Assembly (NCBI RefSeq): GCF_031769215.1
Contig: NW_026781862.1
Location: forward strand, 868,001 to 932,000
DNA length: 64,000 nucleotides
Reading direction: 5' to 3'
From: Ylistrum balloti
Lineage: Eukaryota
Shown: piece by piece, positions 13,764-27,616 of the stretch
Layout of the letters: the number at the start of each line of letters is the position of its first letter
Numbering within the stretch: the first letter of the stretch is position 1
The notes under the pieces: model-generated
The model's database searches: none
Told to the model about the DNA's origin: nothing
The model's input: only the letters and a program-made list of their open reading frames with translations
Translations under genes and position numbers: made by a program

Positions 13764-16184
13764 CTATAAAACAGAAGAAAGTACATGCAAATTAAAAATA
13801 TGTGTTCCTTTATTACATATATATCATATTAATTACATAAATGTCCTAAGTATTTAATGAGGAAAAAATATGTTGTCTCCCTTTGATGTAAGAAAAACAA
13901 TAAATCTACCCATCCTTTCATCTGATATAGATTCCACCAACACTGTACTTAAGAGGCCAATGTATGGTGTCATTAACCTCAGAAAATATATTGAAAAAGT
14001 TGATATTTTTCTAAATTTAATTGACAAAATTTTGTAACAAATGAAATCAAAAGGCTATGATGGTTTTATATATACAGTATATACATGATCAATGGACTAT
14101 AAAATTACTGCTAAATCAATCACTGGATATGTAATTGCAAAGAGATCCACTCTCCAGCATTCCTTTCTACAGGGATTACCATGATAAATGAGGTCTTCTG
14201 TCTTTTATTTCAAATTCTTTTCATCTTCATGACAAACATATTGCTTTGATTGTTACCAGGATTCATATTTAATTTAACAGTATTGAAACAAATACAAATA
14301 AATGGTGCTTCCTTCCTAGGTACAGAAATGCATGTCTCTATTAGTGAACCCAAAAAATAAAAGGAAATTAGTTACAACCCTGATAAAGTGTAGAACAATA
14401 TACACATGTACAAGCAATTTCTAAAATCTAGATGAAGTTTAGGAACAGAGATGTGGTTGCTGCAAATAAAACATATCAACAAAACTTAGCTGAATCATTG
14501 TTTTATAGGTTACTAGTTTATTTCTATGAGACCATCACGACAGTTTTACAGTTAGTTTCAACACGACTGAAAATGAGTCATGAAAAATAATCAAGTCCTT
14601 TGAAACATTTGAATACATACAAATAGCACTGTTTTGTCTTTTTGCATGACACGGCTTCATGTGAAATTCTGTCATTTGTGTAATGCACATGCATATTCCC
14701 TAATTAGTTTGTGCACCTTTTTGATAAATGTAAAATTTTTTTCAAACTTTTCAGAAGTACAGTACTGTATAATCTCTCTGACAGGAGATAAAACTCTGTC
14801 AGTTACGATTACTACATTCTTTTCTTGTAGTGACAGTTATAATTGCTGCACTATCTTATTCGTATTAATACCAGGTTATCAAGGCTATGCCTTAAATCAT
14901 TAATTCTCATAATATCAGCACTTTGTTTTGAGTTGGATGGGGTCATATCTCTGGTTTTATAAATGCTGGTGTTAATCTCAGTGAAGATCCCTCCATGTTT
15001 TTGTTTCTACGCGAGAATTGTCTCCTGTAAGACTGAATCAACAGCTGATTGATCTGGTAGAATAAGAGAACACAGATGTAATTCTTCCCTTCACACTATA
15101 AAAAATGTTTGCACTTAAAACAATCTCTGGGAAAACATGTACATTTCTATATTTCTATCCATCAATTTTGATTTCATAGCTCTCACCATTTATATTTCAT
15201 TATTTCAAGCCTTTAGCAACACACACAAGCCTTAGGATGAAACAGCTATATGACACAGTTTAACTCATTATTTGGCTCTACAGTATCTCTATTCTAAATA
15301 TGTAATAAATTCTCTTGTGCATCTTTTTACAGTTCCTTCTATTGGCCAGGTGGAGTATTCATAACAGTAACAGAAAAAAAAAAGATTAGTACACTGGTTT
15401 AAATGATATAACACATTTAAATTATTACTGAAATTTATATCCAAGATAAGAGCTGAAAGGGGTGTAAATTATTTTTTCAAATAATTTGCCCTTTAAAATC
15501 CACTTGCCCATGAATAATTTAGAAATCTAACTTGTTAAAAACAAATTTAAGAAGAAAAATATTTTTTGAAATACTGATATTCTTACATTTAAATGTTTAT
15601 AAAAATAATTCAGGTTTTATTTTTCTATAACAAACAGAAACATCTTTTTAAGTCTTAATTTATTTTATCATTTTTATACATGTGATACTGCTATTTCAGA
15701 TTTATCTCATAACTACATGATATCTTTTTCCATGCCACCAACAGAAATCTTCATAAAAAAAAAAACTTTGAAAGCTTTCTCACAATTCCAAGCTGATTTC
15801 CAAACTGACCAATGTCAGTAGTGGTGGAAGATACAATACAATTCGAGACATACATTTAAATGTTGGTTTTAAATGATCATTCAAACAGATTTCATAATGT
15901 GAATGTAGCATCTCGATCAGTTAGAGAATTCAGAACACAGAACACTAAGGCAGGTCCAAGTTTGAGAATTCAGTAAAAAAAAACACACAGCATTAAGACA
16001 AGTCAAATTTGAGATATTTTTATGAATGAGTTCTTACGCATTAACGTATCGTAGTAATGTCAAATCTGCTCGACAGAGGTTGCAATGACCCGAAGGTAAC
16101 GATAGAGACACAAAGTGACGAAAGAAGTCCATTCGTAGCAAAACCGTCCAAAAAAAATCAAGATAATTTACCTTCCTCGTCCAT

Positions 16185-16499
16185 GTCATAAATTAAGCTA
16201 TATGCCAGTCTATAAAAATAATGGTACCTCTAAACTTTTTTCAATAAGTTTTCTTTTAAAAATCAACACAAAATCAAACAAAAATGAGATATACACAAAA
16301 CAGCTTACTGATATGCTTGTACCGGCCGCAGTGGTGCTCGCCATGTTTTTTAGCCATTCGGTATTTATCAGATTATTATTATGAATTCATGATAGCTGCA
16401 GAGAAGTCCGAAAAAATGCTATTCAAAACAACCAATCAAAAGTGGCGTTACAAATTTAGCGTGGCTAATTTCCAAACCGGAATCATTTGGGTTTGAAAC
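16185..16499. promoter_or_regulatory. Putative bidirectional promoter region between SMPD4 and NCBP3
   Basis: Locally CpG-rich, lying between the NCBP3 ATG (16500) and a minus-strand exon-like ATGGACGAGGAAG|gtaaat (16184-16172). Confidence 0.55.
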
Positions 16500-19400
16500 A
16501 TGGCGGAAGCTGATAAGTTTCCAAACCTTAAAATATGCATAGATAACACAGAATCGGACGATGAAAATGCTGACGTCGTTTCCATTCACGAGGAAGAGGA
16601 TTTAGACGATGACAGATACAACGCAAGTGATGACAGCGACGATAATGAGGTCGAATTTAATGTCCGTCTGGGAAACATTGGAAGGAACGACAAAAATAAA
16701 ACTCGATCTCTAACAAAGGTGATTTACGCAGATGTTGGTTTCGTGTTTATTTTAACTTACTAGTGGACATAGTTAGTGACATAAATTCACATACATTTAT
16801 ACGTGGCTGTGATATTCTGTGATGCTTTCAATTTGTTTGTTGTTAGGACTCTTTAGTTTACACATTTCTGATAAATGCATGTATGAGGCACATGTACAGG
16901 TGTTCGAAATTCTGTCAATGAAATAATTTGATGGCCCTTATAAAAAAAAACCCTTTAGCGTAGAGGAATGACTATATTATAGTGATTATTTATTATTTTA
17001 TTGATTGTTTGCATGCCAGACTCGTGCTACAATGAAAAATGTAAAAATCACTATTAAGTGTCTGTATATTGTGTACTTTAGACAACTGTGATTTTACCAA
17101 ATTGCTTCTCATTTTATGATAATATAGAATAAGAGTTAAAAAAGAAATGACACTGATGATAATTACTAATATTACAGTGTTATTTTATTTAAGTATACTA
17201 GTTAGTTGTATTGCTTGTTTATGAAGTGAATAATTTGAGACAATGAATATGAACCTAACCATCCTGGTCTGAACATAAAGTTAACATTATTAGATGCAGG
17301 TCATCTAAGTTGCCTCCACACCATTTAGGTCTGTTTCAAAATTTAACAGGCACATATAGATAAAGCCACATTCAGAGTTTACCAAAATAGTGTCCTGCCT
17401 GTTAAAATTTGTTAAGAGATGAAATCATCACAGAAAATGCAAGTCCTTGTTCTTCAGTTACACATTATTAAATTTTCTTAGGTGTTATTTTGTTTCCAAA
17501 CCATTTAGGTCTGTTTCAAAATTTAACAGGCACATGTAGATAAAGCCACATTCATAGTTTACCAAAATAGTGTCCTGCCTGTTAAAATTTGTTAAGAGAT
17601 GAAATCATCACAGAAAATGCAAGTCCTTGTTCTTCAGTTACACATTATTAAATTTTCTTTGGTGTTATTTTGTTTGCAAAGTTACAAGTTAATGCTTTGA
17701 CAATCAGTGTCTTATTTTATCATTTGATAATACAAGGTGGTAATGTCTTTGATTACAGCCACAGAGAGTTTATAAAAACAAGGATGGAGATTTCATCACT
17801 GGGGTAGACATCACAGATAAGGTAGGTATTTATGTGTCAGATTTGTTGTTTAACAGTAAGTTATATGTCAAAGTAAAGTTTGTGTCTGCTGTTATGACAT
17901 AGTGTATAGGTCAAGATGCCTGTTATCAGAAAGAATATTTCAATAAAGTCTTAATAATTGTGTAGCCTTGTTGTTTGCAATGTACTGGTCATGAGCCTTT
18001 TCTCACCAATACCCATGAAACACATGCCTTAGTGAGAATGGGTATTTAGTGAGAATAGGCCAGGAAGCAGTGTATATATACCTATCACAATGCACAGTTC
18101 TTCTAAGATTTTAAGGATATGGAGAGAATACCCTATCTAGGGAAAACTCAGAAAATTTCAGAGATCCACAGACCTAGTATATATTACCATCCTAAAGTAC
18201 TGGTAGTGAAAATGTATAGCAAATTCACTACATTTTTTACCACAGCTTTGTGAGACATTAGACTTGCTATACTTATGGCAGATCAATACTTGAGGCAGTG
18301 ATTCCTACAGGAAATTATGATCGTAATGAAATATGTGTAATATGTTATGATTAATGTTATTTTTCAGACAGAGAGAAAGAAAAGACTTGAAAGGGCAAAG
18401 AGATTTGGTGTTAATGAAAAAGTGCAACAGAAATCTGTGGTCAATCTCAAACGACTATACAGAAGGTAGATAAATACAGTCAATATGAGGGATGGTATAG
18501 ATATAATATAGTTGATAACACATGATTTACAGTCAGTTTCAGTATTCTGTAAAGATGCGATAATAACACACAATACCACATGGGATCCATTGGAAAAACA
18601 AATATAATTAACTCACAGTAATGACACTGAGGTATAACGCTAAGTAAAATGCTAATCTAGAATGACTGCTAACCAATAAAGATATCTGTTTTCTGTTTCA
18701 TATTAGAGGAGATATTGAATGTTTCTAAATTTCAAAACTCTCTGCAGCCTAAATACGGTATATAACCCCTGAATTTGTTAGCACTTCAATGGCTTACTTT
18801 CTGACTGTTTTGAATTGTTTTAGTTTGGGTTTGGATGAAGACAAACCAGAGAATGATGAGCGTGGGATTCGTCTGGAGGCTGTTCATATACGTGGTGTGA
18901 ATGACATGAGTAGCAAAGATGTGTTTGATTACTTCAAGGAATTTTCCCCTGGGGAGATTGAGTGGATTGATGATGCTTCCTGTAAGTATGGCTGTTAGAA
19001 TTCTAGCCTACGATAAAACTTACAGGGCTGGAACGGATTAAGTATGCTACGCTACAGAAATATGGATAAGTAAAAACTTGCAACTTTTATTTGAAACAGT
19101 ATCAAAGTATCTCTGATTCAAATATGATCACAAAGTTAGTCAATGTGAAGCAATGATTCAAGCTTCACAAGTGTTCCTTATCTGGAGCTTACCCTGCGGG
19201 GAGTTGTCCTTAGGAGGGAAAAAAATCAGTATATCTGTTGGTCTCCTGTGCACAATTTCACACGAATGATCTGCCTTACACAACGATAGTTACTTATTTG
19301 GATGTAAATGTAAATAAAAGATCATTGATCTGTTAATCATCTCCTTGTATCAAACATTGAAAGATTTGATGACAGGCCTGTAGTGTTCTAGATATGTTTA

Positions 19401-22400
19401 AGTGAATTAAAGCTATAGTTATAAAGTCTGGATTTGCTTTACTGTTTAAGGATGTATTATATTGTAATAGAGTTAGTAATGGAGTATCGTTAGACTTACT
19501 AATTAAAATCTAGAAGAGGAAATTCTGACATTACTTATCTGCATTTTTGTACAATCTATTATAAATGTGTATTTTACAGGTAATGTGGTATGGCAAGATA
19601 CACTGACAGCTGCACGTGCAATGATCAGCTGTAGTATTAGTTATGATACTGCAACAAGTGAAGGCAAACTCCAGAGTGAATTGGAGAGTAGTGAAGATTC
19701 GGATACAGAGTCAGTAGGTAAAGTAGACAAACTCCAGAGTGAATTGGAGAGTAGTGAAGATTCAGATACAGAGTCAGTAGGTAAAGTAGACAAACTCCTG
19801 AGTGAATTGGAGAGTAGTGAAGATTCGGATACAGAGTCAGTAGGTAAAGTAGACAAACTCCTGAGTGAATTGGAGAGTAGTGAAGATTCGGATACAGAGT
19901 CAGTAGGTAAAGTAGACAAACTCCTGAGTCACTCATGGAGTAGTGAAGATTCAGATACAGAGTCAGTAGGTAAAGTAGACAAACTCCAGAGTCACTCATA
20001 GAGTAGTGAAGATTCAGATACAGAGTCAGTAGGTAAAGTAGACAAACTCCTGAGTCACTCATAGAGAGGTGAAGACTCGGATCAGAGTCAGTAGGTAAAG
20101 TAGACAAACTCCAGAGTGAATTGGTGAGTAGTGAAGACTCGGATACAGAGTCAGTAGGTAAAGTAGACAAACTCCAGAGTCACTCATAGAGAAGTGAAGA
20201 TACGGATACAGAGTCAGTAGGTAAAGTAGAAAAAAAACTCCAGAGTCACTCATAGAGAAGTGAAGACTCGGATCAGAGTTAGTAGGTAAAGTAGACAAAC
20301 TCCAGAGTCACTCATAGAGAAGTGAAGACTTGGATACAGAGTCAGTAGGTAAAGTAGAAAAAAAACTCCAGAGTCACTCATAGAGTAGTGAAGATTCAGA
20401 TACAGAGTCAGTAGGTAAAGTAGACAAACTCCAGAGTGAATTGGAGAGTAGTGAAGATTCAGATACAGAGTAAGTAGGTAAAGTAGACTCCAGAGTCACT
20501 CATAGAGAAGTGAAGACTCGGATCAGAGTTAGTAGGTAAAGTAGACAAACTCCAGAGTCACTCATAGAGAGGTGAAGACTCGGATCAGAGTTAGTAGGTA
20601 AAGTAGACAAACTCCTGAGTGACTTTGAGAGAAGTGAAGATTCGGATACAGAGTTAGTATGTAAAGTAGACAAACTCCAAAGTCACTCATAGAGAAGTGG
20701 AGACTCAGATACAGAGTTAGTATGTAAAGTAGACAAACTCCAGAGTGACTTAGAGAGAAGTGAAGACTCAGAGAGTTAGTAGGTAAAGTAGACAAACTTC
20801 AGAGTCACTCATAGAGAAGTGGAGACTCAGATACAGAGTAAGTAGGTAAAGTAGACAAATTCCAGAGTCACTCAAAGAGAAGTGGAGTCTCAGAGAGTTA
20901 GTAGGTAAAGTAGACAAACTCCAGAGTAACTTAGAGAGAAGTGGAGACTCAGATACAGAGTAAGTAGTTAAAGTAGACAAACTCCTGAGTGAGTTAGAGA
21001 GAAGTGAAGACTTCAGAGATTCAGAGTAGACAAACTTCAGAGTAAAGTAGATACAAACTTCTGAGTGACTTAGAGAGAAGTGGAGTCTCAGAGAGTTAGT
21101 AGGTAAAGTAGACAAACTCCAGAGTAACTTAGAGAGAAGTGGAGACTCAGATAGAGAGTTAGTAGTTAAAGTAGACAAACTCCTGAGTGAGTTTGAGAGA
21201 AGTGAAGACTTGGATTCAGAGTTAGTAGGTAAAGTAGACAAACTTCTGAGTGACTTAGAGAGAAGTGGAGTCTCAAGAGTTAGTAGGTAAAGTAGACAAA
21301 CTTCTGAGTGACTTAGAGAGAAGTGGAGTCTCAAGAGTTAGTAGGTAAAGTAGACAAACTCGACAATTACACGAAGAGTTGGTTAGGATACTACTTGTGA
21401 GTTAATTATAGGTTTTCATTCTCCATGACTCTTCCTATTCTTAGGTGTTATCTCACCATTAGGGATCTACATCTATCCTGCAACAACATTCTAGATATTT
21501 CTTGGCAACATGAAGATATCGGGATATAAATAAATATTGAAAGGCTTCATAGAATTGGATATAGGGATGTTAGCTGTGATAAAGAAAATAAATGATGGAT
21601 ATATTAATAGTGGTATTTGTCAATTATGGATTTTAGCATGTAAGAATGAACTTTATGTTGAGCCTAAGACATAGAATTTTTGTTGTTAATTTGCATTTGT
21701 TTATTTCTGATTTATTTACACAGATTTCTATTTGTGTGTAGGTAAAAAAAACTCTAGGAAAAAAGTGAAATCTAAGACCAAAAAGTTAAGACGGAGCAGT
21801 AGCAGAAGTTCCTCTTCGTCATCATCTTCATCATCCTCTTCATCATCTTCATCTTCTTCAAGTGATGAAGATGATGACACAAAGAAGAAATCTAAGAAGA
21901 AAGAAAAAGCAAAAAACACAGAAGAAAGGAAAGAAGAGAAGATGGAGGATGATGATGTGTTAGATTTGATGGACGATGGTGTTGTTAGTGTAAACAGAAA
22001 CATCAGTGAAACAAAGATTGTAAAAAAAGACAGTAAAAAGACAGAGAGTAAAAATGAGAAACAATCAGACAGCTTAGTGAAAAAATCTTCACGTAGTGAA
22101 AAGAAAAACAAAAAAAAGAGAGACTCTTCATCAAGTTCTAGTAGTTCATCATCATCGTCATCTTCATCATCTTCGTCAGGTTCTTCATCCTCATCATCTG
22201 GTTCATCGTCTTCATCATCTGGGAGCAGTTCTTCTAGTAGTTCAGAGGAGGTAATTTGCCAAATTTTAAGACACACATGACACAAAAATATGTCAAATTG
22301 TCATACACATTAGTCACATTGTCACACAAACCTTTACCACATGGACACACATACGTATGTCTCTTTCACTTGTCACATTGTCACACATATTTATTCTTAC

Positions 22401-25400
22401 ACTTTTGTCACATATTTACACTTACCTGTGAAATACACAGTCGCGTCACATTATCATACATACTTGGAAATTGCACTCTTGCCACAATGTCACACATACC
22501 TTTAAGTGTCATGTAGTTACACATGCTTGTCCTTTACAAATCCTTCTGACACCTGTATAATGACCTGGTATAGAAATCAGACATTTACCATGATAAAACA
22601 AAGTTCAGTAGTGTGATTAAATCAACTCTGTTGTATTATAGATTTATTATTTAAAGTTTTAACTTTTGTTTTCTGACATTTGACTGTAGAATTAAGAAGA
22701 TGATTAGGAATCACAGTAGATTTGATTATGATGTATAAATAAAATAAACCATTTAGAGCATAAACTTCACTGTACTTTTACATGAACTGGAAATTTTTAT
22801 CAATCAGTCTTTTACATGTTGAGAAGAATTGTTAGAAAAAAAGTCATTTTGAAGCATTCATTGATAAACTTACATAAACAATTTTGTTTCTGCAGGAAAT
22901 GGATGAAGAAAAGAAACAAAATATGCTGAAGAAAAAAAATGAGAAAAAAGCTAGGAAGAAAGCAAAACTTCGAAAGCATTTTCAGGTCCACAAAGAGTCT
23001 AATATACCCTGGCCTCCGGGTAAATGGCGACTGGGCAAGGTCATCCCCAAGGCGAAACATATATTCCTGCGATACTCAACTAAAGGTGGGCATTATGTTG
23101 CACCAATGAAAAGTATGTTGTGACAAATTTGAAACATCTCTGCAGTTATTGTTACAAAATTATGATGCCATGTTATTGGTATTAGGGCATGTGTTCCTTA
23201 GTGCAAGATCAGAGTCACAGTGAAAGTTCAAGGCATTGATATTAAGTTCAAGGTCATCATAAAATAACAGTATGAAGCGATGGGATTGTTCACAAAATTT
23301 AATGTCTTCATAGGAAACCTGGAGCCTCAAATTTTGAGGCAATAATGTAAAAATCATGAATGAACTTGTGTTGTAACGATTCATCATAATGGTCCATGGC
23401 ACAGGTTGTAGTCTTGGGCTGGTTTTTTTTTTTGGCTTCACCAGTTAAACCAGCGTTGTTCATTTTCTGAAATAAGGAAGGATCTACTAATCTTATCTTG
23501 CTTTCTGACAAGCTTTGACTAAGCCTTTCAAAGCCTGTATTAATATTTACAAGTCCGTTGCCATTTATATTCAAAATGTTAGGCCCAAGGATAGAAAATC
23601 ATACATTCTTTTCTTGTTAAAACTGTGTATGAACACAAATCTTGGAAGAGAAATGATCCCTGTGTGATTTATCAATGGGACTTTTGACAGCGCCAACAAG
23701 TCTTTGAGGTCTAGTAGTAAAAAGATCCAGCTTGGTTAACATGTGGTTTTTATTTTGTTACAGCTGATAAAAAATTGAGAGGAGCAGAGAAAAGGAGTGA
23801 ATATTACAAGAAATTTGGAAATCCAAATTATGGAGGTATGTGCTTTCTGTATCTTAATATTCTGCATAGATTTAAGAAACTGTTACTCTGTTATTGTATA
23901 GTTTGTGTATAATAACTTACATATAAGCAGTATCAAATTGGTTAAATTTGAGAATGTTTATGGGAATGAAAACAGTTGTGATAGTGGATGTTTATTGTTT
24001 ACTGTTTGAAAATTAAAGGAATGTATTGTTTAAAGTTAGAGAAGGAGATGGTGTATGCAGGAAAATTTCGTTCCTTTTGTCAAACAAATTTCGTAAATCT
24101 AGTGAAGTCATTTTTATGAAATTTTTTTTTTCTATTTTAGGAATGACGGGACTTATCAGCAATTCCAGGTTGGTAATGATGAAAGTTATTTATGATTCAT
24201 ATAAATATTGCTTTCTAAATATATTTCACTGTTATAGATGCATGGCGTAGCATCCATTTGTCCACTTTTGCTTTCCACTGACTCCATAGCTTTTCGACTC
24301 TGACAAAACCTGGACTATCTGTTGATGACGAGGACTGTTGTATAAATTTAGGATCTGTCACTTGCAGAGGAAGAGAGTATTTGCCCAATTATGGAAATAA
24401 AGATAAATTTTCTATATTCTTCTGTACAGACAAATGTATTCTGAGCAATCTAGAGATGGTTTAGAGCATTATTTGGTGTATTGGACTACCTCTTGTATTC
24501 ATCGAAGGTTTGGCCCTGATGGGAGCAGAAAGCTGGAGTTAGATCAGGGTAATAGTCGTCCATCTTTAAGATCATTGTTCCTCTAAAATCAAAAAGGATT
24601 TAGACCTACATTGTTAGCTGGTTTGGGTTAGTATTTGATGGAGAGGACAGAAATTGTGTAAGATAGCGTTATACCAGTCTTCTTTTTGGTAGAAGTTTGG
24701 AGTCAAATGATAGAAATAATAGCAAATATTTAAAATCTTTCTTTTTCCATATAGATGATTGATTTGGTCTGGATTGTCCTTTGTAGGGACTTGGTATTAC
24801 ATGTTTTTATAACCAGAATATCTACTTCTTCATGAACTGTGTTGCCCATGTTCCCCTAGGACTGCATATGAGTCAGAACACAAAATGGGGCAACATTCAT
24901 CAAATATCAAGTATAGGAAAAAAGAAAAAAGTCAAGAGGATAACATTTTACCTGTAACTGGATTTCTTACTTGTAAGAAATATTGCTTTTGATCCAATTT
25001 AAACAGAAAGAGGAAGATGCGAGTGACGCAGCAGCGTGAGGAGGCTAAGGACCTTAAGGCTGTCATACAAGCCAAGCGTGCAACTATTACATATGATGAT
25101 GTCAACATCTTTGGGGATTCATCTTTTACTGCAAATGTGGATATGGATGAAATTGAGGAGTTTGGTAAGATATCAACTGACTAGTATAAAAATGATACTT
25201 GGAAATACATACACTAATTGTATAACGAAGACTGCAAACATTGTGATTTTAATATGGTTGATAATTATCATGATTTAAGAGAAATAAAGTAATTTTTTAC
25301 ATTGAAAAATTGATTGAAATGTGTAATAAAAGATTAATAATTAAGCATGCTACTTCTGACATTTTGGGACTAGGTGCTGCCAAGGAAGTGAAACCAGACA

Positions 25401-26627
25401 TCACAGCAGGCCTGACAGGCCAGCGGGTTAATCTGGATCAGCACGAGATGGAGGAGGGAGAGATAGAAGACAGCGAATCTGAGGAGATGGTACAGCCTAT
25501 TAGCCGCCAGCGGGATATCCAACCAAGAGATATTCGACCAAGGAATGTCCGACCAAGGGAAGATCGTCGCCAGGTAAAACAACAGGAGGATGACGATGAT
25601 TTCCTGGACCTCACAGCTGACACAAAGCCACCGGTGAAGGAGGTGGATGAGGAGGCAGTCATGATGGAGAAGGAACTGGATATTCTCCTAGCTTCACCAC
25701 CACGGAAACGTAGTATGAGGATGTATGCAGATGACATCGAGGATGAGAGGAATGCGAAAAAGTAAGAGAGATATAAATATATATGTGTCCAATTATTGTT
25801 TTTTTATTTTGAACCTGTTATTTGAATAACTTCAACTTGTTCAGATGCTCTGAATTGTTAAGTAGGTTTGGGACAGTAGAATCATCAGCTTTCAGTTTTC
25901 AATCATAACACGTACTTCATTTTTGATGGACTCAAATATTGAAGTTTCATCTTTTTTTAAGAAGTTTTGAGATTTGGAATTGCGAAAGTATTTTTGAACC
26001 TGAAAGTGAAGGTGTATTAAGCAGGCATTTGAGAGGAGGATCCTATGAAAACATTCAAAACTAAAGACTTATATTCCCTTGGCACTATTGGAGTTGATTT
26101 GCCACTCTCATTTACAACATTCTAGACAGATATATGACACAGTAATATGTTTTCATAACACAGAGTTATCCTTGGAATGAAAGTTTTCGTTTAACAAGTC
26201 ATTGAAATGTTTTTCTACAAAAGGTATACTTCCAAATTAATTCCTAGGAGTATTCTCAATTTATGTTGAATTTGAGCACTTGTTTGCTTTAAATTTTTGA
26301 AAGCTCTGAAAGTCACTAACCTGTATGGTATATTTTAAACTTTTCTCTTACAGTATGAAAAGAAGTGATATTGACTTAACAATTTTTGCTGACCGTGAGA
26401 CAGACAGAAAAGTTGGTCTGCTTGATGATGACGACAGTCCGCCTCCTTCTCGTGTACAGGATGCGCGACAGAAGATCCGTAGTGTGGGCAGGACATTTGG
26501 CAGTGCTTACATGGATGGGTCACCTCACAGGAGTGGCAATGATCTCCGTAGTAAACTCCAACGACGGAAAAATGGAGGCAAAGACAATTCAAAATATCAG
26601 CGTATGAGGATAGAAGTGTATGACTGA
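16500..26627 (+). CDS. NCBP3: Nuclear cap-binding protein subunit 3 (C17orf85-like), complete multi-exon CDS
   Basis: Exons 16500-16718, 17759-17821, 18368-18465, 18824-18981, 19580-19717 (first of several possible donors), 21742-22250, 22896-23085, 23764-23835, 24141-24168, 25007-25164, 25374-25761, 26354-26627 (TGA). All introns are GT-AG and phase-consistent. Recalled motifs: YKNKDGDFITGVDIT, ERAKRFG, IRLEAVHIRGVNDMSSKDVFDYFKEF, IEWIDDASCNVVW, RSEYYKKFGNPNYGGMTGLISNS, RMRMYADD. Confidence 0.93.
17321..17680. repeat. 180-bp direct tandem duplication, 2 copies
   Basis: ccatttaggtctgtttcaaaatttaacaggcac starts at both 17321 and 17501, and the copies are near-identical. Confidence 0.95.
19660..21360 (+). 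repeat. 63-bp tandem array derived from the NCBP3 exon 5 3' end plus donor site, degenerating toward its 3' end
   Basis: Unit gtaaagtagacaaactccagagtgaattggagagtagtgaagattcagatacagagtcagtag. Confidence 0.95.
24480..24850 (-). mobile_element. Possible highly degenerate LINE RT C-terminal relic
   Basis: Scattered FKYL and EVVQY-like words across frames. Weak support. Confidence 0.25.
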
Positions 26628-27119
26628 CGTTATTGTGGGGTTGTTGTTTTATACTGGAGGACTGAATGTCTGGGTAAACAGTGTATCAAGCTGAGGAAGA
26701 CATGCAGACATATGTGAAAGTTTGTTGCTTGAAAAGAGTTTGTGTTGGATATTTAAAAGGAAATGTGTTAAAAAAATCTGCCTTTTTAGAGGCAAAATAT
26801 ATGATTTATGACTGTTTATGTTACTGTATGATTAAATAAGAAAGGATTTCAAGAAGATTTTCAAGAAGACAAACATATCAGAAATGATGATGAAGGTACT
26901 TTTTAATGGGTATAAATTTTCAAGAATTGCATTCGTTTGTGAGATTTTAGTCAAGCAAATCACCAGTTAACTTAAATATCTTTGTATGGTTAAGTTTTTA
27001 AGATGGAGTGTAGTGTGATTTTACTCATCTTGTAAACAGGTTGAGAAATACCATTAAATGTAGACTATTTGTCACCAGTGTTTTATAGGACAAGTTATTA
27101 GTTGTATTTTAAACAGACA

Positions 27120-27616
27120 TGGTCATCATGGGATGAAGGGCAACCAACTTGGTTAAAATGAATGACTTTGACCCACTTTCAAGGTCACAGGGGTCAAATC
27201 TGTTGAAATAACTTCTTCTCAATTAACAAAATACACAGGATTCTACAAAGTTTTTCCATATCATTTACCTACTTTAAAGGTCACAGGTATCAAATATGTC
27301 AAAATTTTTAAATGACTTCTCCTCAGTACCAAAAGACCAAGAGTGCTGATATTTGGCCTGTAGCATGCTAGAATGAAGGGATGAAGGTCTATCACATTTG
27401 TTCAAATGAATGGCCTTGACCTTTATTCAAGGTCACAGGAGTAAAATATGCAAAGCTACTCTAACAGAGAGCGTTATCAGTTCCATTTAAAAACTTTAAG
27501 TATGCAAATATCAGTTCTGCTCTGTCTGTCTAAACGCTGGGACTTATGAACAGGTTCTATAACTGTCCAAAGACCTGAAAAGCTCAGGTGATCATTAAGG
27601 CCCATGGGCCTCTTGT
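27120..27616 (-). mobile_element. HINE/pearl-like element relic
   Basis: Repeated tgacct/tcaaggtcacagg motifs and a terminal aggcccatgggcctcttgt (reverse of acaagaggcccatgggcc). Confidence 0.5.

Noticed and set aside
19637-21334. Several minus-strand repetitive ORFs
   Set aside because: They are antisense readings of the 63-bp array.
21728-22285. 185-aa acidic minus-strand ORF
   Set aside because: It is the antisense shadow of the Ser/Lys-rich NCBP3 exon.
23308-23574. 88-aa minus-strand ORF in an NCBP3 intron
   Set aside because: No recognisable motif or splice context, and it runs through a poly-A tract.
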